Assembly (NCBI RefSeq): GCF_040938485.1
Contig: NW_027271090.1
Location: 558,001 to 622,000, forward strand
DNA length: 64,000 nucleotides
From: Diadema antillarum
Taxonomy: Eukaryota
Direction of reading: 5' to 3'
Shown: piece by piece, positions 59,401-64,000 of the stretch
Numbering within the stretch: position 1 is the first letter of the stretch
How the letters are laid out: every line of letters begins with the position of its first letter
Translations under genes and position numbers: made by a program
Notes under the pieces: model-generated
Told to the model about the DNA's origin: nothing
The model's input: the letters and a program-made list of their open reading frames with translations, nothing else
The model's database searches: none

Positions 59401-62400
59401 GAGGGACCTGTAGGATCGCCCGCCCGTGCGGGAAGGGTTCCCTGGTTTTGTGAAATAAGTACCGATTGTAGGGCCTGCATGAAGAATTTGCAGGCTGCTG
59501 TTGTATCAAACGAGCTGCTATTATCAACGCTAGCAGGCTGGTTGACGTTCAGTACGCTGGAGTCTACCGATTTGGTCGGCGGAGCCAGGTTAGTCTCGTT
59601 GACGTTGGGTCTAACGGCAGGAGAAACCGCTACATTGGAGCCTGATTCCTCGACCGGACCGGGAAGAGAATGCTTTTTCGGGGCACTCTTCTTTCCCTTC
59701 TTAGATGGAGGAGAAGAAGTGGGGAGCACAGGATTACTACATGGTCCATATTGAAAACTTTCGGTCATCTGCGAAGCCGCGCTTCCGCGCGAACGCTACA
59801 ACACGTAAAACGGGTCAAAAATCGACGCATTTTTCCACAAAATCTGCCATAACTTTTAAACTATTTAAGAAGCAAACTTGGGGCGCCCGGATTCTGAATG
59901 TAGACACTTTAGGGATTATTTATGTGTATATATCATTATTGTAACATTTGTAGTCGTGACGCAAATTTGATCAGAAAAGTACCTTATGAGTAGATTTGTC
60001 TATGGCGAACAGTCCAAATTTGACGAATTTGAGCATATTTTGCCGTCTTGCAATTCTTCCACACGGGATATCTCGAGAACGGAAAGTCGCACGAACTTGG
60101 GGCGCGCGGTTTTAGAAAGTAGAGATTCTGCCCATTTTTGTGATATAAGAATCTTGTTCATTGGTTGAGCAGTCCTGACGCAAATAAGCAGTAAAGCTAG
60201 ACTACCCAGTCACAATTGCTGTCATAGGGAACGTGTACAATCCACACAGAGCTATCACGTGACGAGACTACCGACGAAAATTTGAGCCGTTGACCTTCAC
60301 TGTCTGCCGTCGTCAGCAGTGTGAATTCCTGTGATTTCAAGCTTTTGTTTCTCGCCAAATATCATTTTCAATGCTATATCAAGATACAGTTGTATGTGAG
60401 ACATTATCTAGATACGTAGCAGCCTTATGAGCAACATAACTGCTAAGTTTGGGAGCAAAAACAACCAAATATATTTCACATTCCTTCTCATTTGTCGATG
60501 ATGGCTCTAGTCGGACTGGTGCATTTTCTTCGGAGGTGGTAATAATGTAAGTAGTTGCAACGGTCGCTTGCCACCTGCTGTCTGCAATCGGGTGCTTATA
60601 TACACGTGTTGTGCACAGGTAATCAACTGAAATAATGTTGTAAAGGAATGATAAGGTCCTAGATTATATCTCAACTGTAGATTTAACCCGATTTCTGCCG
60701 CCTACACACAACACACTACGCGTGAAATTATGTGAACATGATGTCCCTCCACGCACGGTGCTGCAGGCCACCCCCATTAACGTGTCGACTAGCCACTCGC
60801 CCCACACGCACTCACTTTCTCCAGCGTCTGCTACGTCGGATTTTCTGCGTGAATTAGGGCGAAAGTTTTCAATATGTCTTTCTTGTGCTCTGCTCTGTTT
60901 TTGCGGTGTTGGATCCCGCCTTCGTTGAAACGTTAGGTACAGCCTCCGCCGTAGGGTTCGAGCGGGGCGGTGAAGAGCGAGACGAATTAGGCATCTTAAA
61001 TGCCCTAAGTCGTCACTAGAAACAAGAAGCAATAACTAGGTTAAACAGCCGAGAGAACAAGGAATATAACTCCAAAAAAAATACGAATCAAACACGATAA
61101 GGTAACAAAGTGAACGATCTTATCTGTATAAGCGTAAGCTAAACCGTGGAGGAACTCGTCATGAGTAGCGGCGGTAGAAGATAGAGGATGAGATCGCCCG
61201 CGCTCGGGCTTATATAGGGGGAGTGTGTGAGGGGTTTCCCTTCCGTTGCCGGGGCAACGATCCGAGGGGGTTCAAAGATATTTTTAGCTACCGGGGGCAA
61301 TTCTAATCGGCATTAGAATGGCAATTGTTATATTGATAGGTAAGTAAAGCGAAATGAAGTAGATCTGTCACTATTTACCTATCTATTAAAAGTAATCTAT
61401 GTTAGATTACATTCATGACCTCTGCCAAGGCCGGATGGTATTTTCTGTTTGCCTACATTGGTTTGCTTACCTGTTTGCAAAATAACTCAAGCAGTTAAGA
61501 ACAAATTTTGCTCAAATTTTCAGGAAAAATTGAAAATGATACAAGGAATAGATGATTAGATTCTGGTAGAGAGGTGGATCTCCGTGTAGATTTTGTAACT
61601 TTAGATAAGCACCTCTCCATTAATTGCTTAAAGGAGACCGGATGACTTTCAGATTTTTGCATTTGAACAACTATAAATTAGTTATACTGAGGACAGAGTT
61701 GTAGAATTTGCGATAATTGGGATGAAGAATAAGAATATTTTCAAAATTTCGAACAAATTGCAATGAACAAGGATGATGACATGGCAGAGTCACCATAAAG
61801 AATGTATGAGTTGGGGCTCAAGGAAGCAGAACAAAAGAAGAAGGCATGCATAAATTGTATACAGGTGAATATGCAAGCAAGCGGTATTGCAATGGAGTAT
61901 ACTGCTACATTTCTGAAAACTGTGAACCTCCTACGTCATCATCCTTGTTCAGTGTAATTTGTTCAAGGTTTTTTTAAAGTATTGTTTCTCTGCTCAAGAA
62001 CCACAATAAATTCCACAAATCTTTACAATGGAATGGTTGATTTATGTACTACGTGATGAAACATTATGAAAATCGTCTGGAATGTCCATTTAACATATCT
62101 GCAACAAGTGTAGGACAGCTTTGTAGTCGGATAGTTAGGAATGAAAGGATCCGCAAGTACCTCGACGTTTGGAATAGCAAACCGTAACGCTGTGACTAAT
62201 CCATGTAAAATAACGGACGACGACTTTTGCTGTAAGACATAGGCCTACAGTATGTTCTAAACTTGATGTTTAAAATGCTAGTATGGTATAATACACCATA
62301 CTAGTATCATAGTATTATAGCGAGATAATATTCTCTTGACCTCTTATCGGGACTTTGATATACCCTCGTTCAGTTCTTATCTTCCTGAATTGAACATACC

Positions 62401-62735
62401 CCATCCTCCTCTCATCATCACCTCTGTAATCATTTTACTCGATATTTTATTTCGTATTGGATTTTTTCTCTCTTTTTTTTATTCGAGGGAGTACAGCTTA
62501 TCGAATTATTATTTAAGATTTTTATTGATTATAACAGTCAATCCAACGAAATAATGTTACGAAATTGCTTCATGAAAATAAGTAAAGTTTGTTGGAAGAT
62601 TTCAGCGCTCACAGTTGCTGGATTCTGCACACCAAAGTACACGTCACACATCAGTGCTTCACACTCCTCGTAGGTTGTATACAGACCCTGGACGTAAAAC
62701 CTTGAAATCGAAACGATGTCAGTGCGCTCATTCAT
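47460..62735 (-). CDS. HERC3/4-like HECT E3 ubiquitin ligase, paralog B (3' part, complete HECT domain; 5' exons not located)
   Basis: Nine phase-compatible exons: 62735-62613, 53673-53584, 52376-52197, 51907-51800, 50665-50544, 50031-49873, 49512-49338, 48618-48516, 47704-47460 (1305 nt, 434 aa + stop). Motifs: YPFLLNLKTK, RPLYVEFAGEKGADWG, EFF, LGILVGLSLYN...PFP, AFRKGF, FRPVELE, FWECF, FVSGADRVP, LPQALGC, LKLPMY, terminal PFHIA*. Confidence 0.9.
53641..55204. repeat. 783-bp tandem duplication spanning host exon start, DIRS 3' ITR, ICR and YR 3' end
   Basis: 53641-54421 is repeated at 54422-55204 (ORF track shows identical peptides offset by 783). Copies differ by one substitution (MGGLR vs MEGLR) and a 2-nt GG insertion at the junction. 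Confidence 0.9.
53974..54071. repeat. DIRS internal complementary region (ICR); duplicate copy 783 bp to the right
   Basis: 53974-54025 is the reverse complement of the left end 53723-53774. 54026-54071 is the reverse complement of the right end 61319-61364. Confidence 0.9.
54978..57203 (-). CDS. DIRS tyrosine recombinase reading frame
   Basis: C-terminal part has YR motifs: RSSTRATYDS, ASGRRRS (R), CPVRALKWYL, AHDTR (HxxR), YW, terminal SCY. The frame is open across the whole RNase H/MT overlap. Confidence 0.9.
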   Translation of the reverse strand, partial: YSLQARFSRKLRKVSARTHSESGVLGRQTRPETKARPSPPSQNRQGSSSRGIPVPHVSRTSQVLAAFSGPPCKSLGHSPRLQKENEADPNSLSQSVSPTNRPNDSNYLPYRDIVPGGSLVDAPKYPTNGKTLHYPSPLHDHSHRRVDDGMGCSTKLGPGSGNLGRKRQGSAHKCTGNAGHTECSVCLQRQSSEENGSDKVRQPHGCFVHQQTRGHKVETFVQSHSRHSRLVRFGGDESHSLSHTRKRQLCGGFPVEGKLSPNRVATQSKHCQTDLQQVRSSSGRPIRIDTEQAAASLLHKTQRSSSSDDGRIHNAVERVSGVCVPTLCTDTKSTTESANRQGNPPSDSSLVPETALVPHTVRSSNLSPSNPSLQGGSPLSTRDIHIPPQGSLPKVNIMDHFREIASQAGLSGRAAELSSSFLRSSTRATYDSRLQHYFKWCYDKKVDPSTAPVGEIAEFLLHLFDKSLAFSTIRGYRSAISALHKGFRGGETVGSSSHLTRLMKSLFLSRPPQKKLSPSWSLSRVLRALSRAPFEPMHDSSLANLTIKTILLVAVASGRRRSFLHALSTKPGHIIRWETNGVRLIPHAKFLAKNQTMNSTPGEIFIPALKTLSSISQDRLWCPVRALKWYLHKTEELRTSDNLFISINSPHGSVSPDTISRWIVQAIKAGGTTSILSHKVRAHDTRGIASSWALFQGVPLEDILKAAYWHNPNSFTSCYLSDVISNETSFASAVLSCPSRK
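55844..57199 (-). CDS. DIRS pol C-terminal frame: RT thumb, RNase H and DNA N6-adenine methyltransferase-like domain
   Basis: LGFLVNYEKSQLEP..FLG (RT), TDASTMGWG / HINVLEMRAI / SDN / HIPGKDNYAADFLSR (RNase H), VDLFAS and YAFPP (MT). Confidence 0.9.
   Translation of the reverse strand, partial: VSKLGFLVNYEKSQLEPTQNPEFLGAKLDLKLRLAHPLPHRIDKVHLVGGFLFRTSHAQAKYWLRFLGLLASLLDTVPDCRRRMRQIQIAFLSQYRPQTDPMTQIICLTGTLSQAVRWWMPPNTLQMGKPFTTPAPSMTILTDASTMGWGAVLNSDQVQGTWGERDKGQHINVLEMRAIQNALFAFKDRVRRKTVLIKSDNLTVVSYINRQGGTRSKPLCNLTLDILDWCDLVEMNLIASHIPGKDNYAADFLSRGSYLPTEWQLNPSIAKQIFNRFGPPQVDLFASTLNKQLPVYCTKHNDPAALMTDAFTMQWKGFLGYAFPPFALIPRVLQKVQTDKATLLLIAPWCPKRPWFPTLLDLLTSPPVILPFREDLLCQPGTSTYHPKVPYLKLTLWTISGKLRPRQVFREGLQNYPPPSLDRLHEPLMTLDYNTTSSGATTRKWILPQHL
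57204..60994 (-). CDS. DIRS gag + RT N-terminal frame (interrupted by the 59752-60871 insertion)
   Basis: ATG at 60994 gives 41 codons (MPNSS...RKTY). These rejoin GPCSNP... in frame once the insertion and one ATAT are removed. The frame continues without a stop into RT motifs VGGRL, SPVFLTPK, FKME, IDLVDAYLHVPI, LPFGLKTAP, YLDDWL. Confidence 0.85.
59752..60871. mobile_element. 1120-bp non-coding insertion with 12-bp TG..CA inverted termini and ATAT target duplication (solo LTR or Ginger-like/MITE)
   Basis: atat|TGAAAACTTTCG ... CGAAAGTTTTCA|atat. Its removal restores the gag frame exactly. Confidence 0.85.
61210..61216 (-). promoter_or_regulatory. TATA box in the DIRS 5' ITR (mirror copies on + strand at 53888-53894 and 783 bp further right)
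   Basis: CCCCTATATAAGCCCG inside the ITR, oriented into the element about 220 nt upstream of the gag ATG. Function is inferred. Confidence 0.5.
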
Positions 62736-64000
62736 CTGCAGCGAGAAGCAGAAGGGGGGGGGGGGGGGGAGGAAAAAATCGGAAAGGATTCAAATTTTTG
62801 AAGAAGCAAGTCTACTGAAAGCAAACATTTTTGCGCAACGAAAGCTGACTCCTCACCAACAATAGGCGTATTTAATGACGTTCAGTATTGGATGATGCTT
62901 GTATAGAAAGCTACTGTGATGTTTAAAGATTATCATTCCGCATGCATACACAATTGTTTGTTTTGTTTAATAGATACTTTATTTTCTGCAGATCAATAAA
63001 TCAATCAGCAAATCAATATTTTAAGGCACATAATCATGAACATGTGGGAAATACACAAAATAAATTCAAAACAGAGTCGTTTGACTTGCATAAACAAAGA
63101 GATATACAGTATGCATATCTATGCAGCGGGGATTACAACAACAATTATAATTATGGAGCGATTATGCAGAGGGCCGCCATTGTAAGCATAGCTTGAAAAG
63201 ATGGCCGGCCAGATGAAAAGGTAGGGACGTATACTAGTTTGTTAACAATACAATACAATACAAATTCTGCTGCGAAGATAATTAGAAATATGCACAAAGC
63301 GCAACCATGTTTAAACACAGACAAAAACATTGACTGCCTATGAATAGCAAGGTCGAGAAAAACCAGGGAAGTTCAAGAGAATGGAGTCACAACTATCTTA
63401 TTCCCTTTGAACCCATGTTTGATGCCGTCACTGGAAAATATTTGAAGCATGAGCGGAACTGGATTTGCCGCGCAAATAGAAATACAATTGATAATTGACA
63501 TCTGCATAATCGCCAGCCAGCCACTGTCTGTGTGATGGTAATTACTTTTCGCCATCCGTACTTATAAAAGATAGGTGATTTATTGTTATGGTAAAGACTC
63601 GGGGATGCGCGAACAGAAATTGCGAAAAAAATGATAAAATAAAAATGAAAATTACTCGACTGGCCATGCCCGGCCGCTAATGTCTTATATCTATTAATAA
63701 AGAATGATACTTATACGATTACTCCGTTTCAGTTTTATCTGTCGGAACTAACAACTGACTAAGAGGAAAAGTGATAAAACCGACTTTCCAGGAAGGTACA
63801 GTTTTAAACATTTTTACATGATACAGCTCTGATTTACACTTTTGCACATATTTCTGGACGGGATTGACTTTTGTTTATATGCTTTAACATTAAGTGAGAT
63901 TTCATTTCATTTAATAAATGAACAAGAAAAATATAGCCAACATGATGTCAACGTTCAAAATAAATCTTCGGATTGCTCAGCAAGACGGCGGCATCAAACC

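Larger units (their letters stand above)
53723..61364 (-). mobile_element. DIRS1-type tyrosine-recombinase retrotransposon
   Basis: Inverted terminal repeats (53761-53921 vs about 61183-61349), an internal complementary region, gag-RT-RNaseH-MT and overlapping YR frames, and no target-site duplication. Confidence 0.95.

Noticed and set aside
59010-59754. Several 150-aa antisense/alternate ORFs over DIRS gag
   Set aside because: These are GC-rich shadow frames with no motifs.
54978-59768. 1596-aa ORF as a genuine single novel protein
   Set aside because: It is explained by an insertion-derived start plus a 4-nt frameshift joining gag-RT to the YR frame.
60664-61032. 122-aa minus-strand ORF upstream of gag
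   Set aside because: It is a chimeric read across the insertion boundary in a non-gag frame and has no recognisable domain.
63373-63555. Possible further 5' exon of HECT paralog B
   Set aside because: No similarity to the corresponding paralog A exon (NWW...) and no convincing splice pair.

Overview
Eukaryotic, AT-rich, intron- and repeat-rich genomic DNA. The repeat landscape and gene structures suggest a marine invertebrate, probably an echinoderm (inference). I reconstructed four host genes by hand from splice sites and reading frame. (1) A minus-strand HERC3/4-like HECT E3 ligase, 'paralog A', with 10 exons at 11846-1805 that runs off the left edge. (2) A complete 6-coding-exon cathepsin L-like protease on the plus strand (25502-33406, 329 aa). 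(3) A single-coding-exon LRR + Ig protein with a probable GPI-type tail (42579-39232, minus). (4) A second, highly diverged HERC-like HECT ligase, 'paralog B', with 9 exons at 62735-47460 and a complete HECT domain. One intron of paralog B carries a full DIRS1-type tyrosine-recombinase retrotransposon (53723-61364) with ITRs, ICR, gag, RT/RNase H/adenine methyltransferase and YR. This element has been modified three times: a nested 1120-bp TG..CA insertion in gag, a 4-nt TA slippage that fuses Gag-RT to the YR frame, and a 783-bp tandem duplication that also copies a host splice acceptor. Other mobile DNA: an L2/CR1 LINE nested inside an Academ-like DNA element just upstream of cathepsin L, plus Sola-like, Tc1/mariner-like, Harbinger-like and Kolobok-like non-autonomous elements, tRNA-derived SINE heads and micro/minisatellites. 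All family assignments come from motif recognition by eye; no database search was run.
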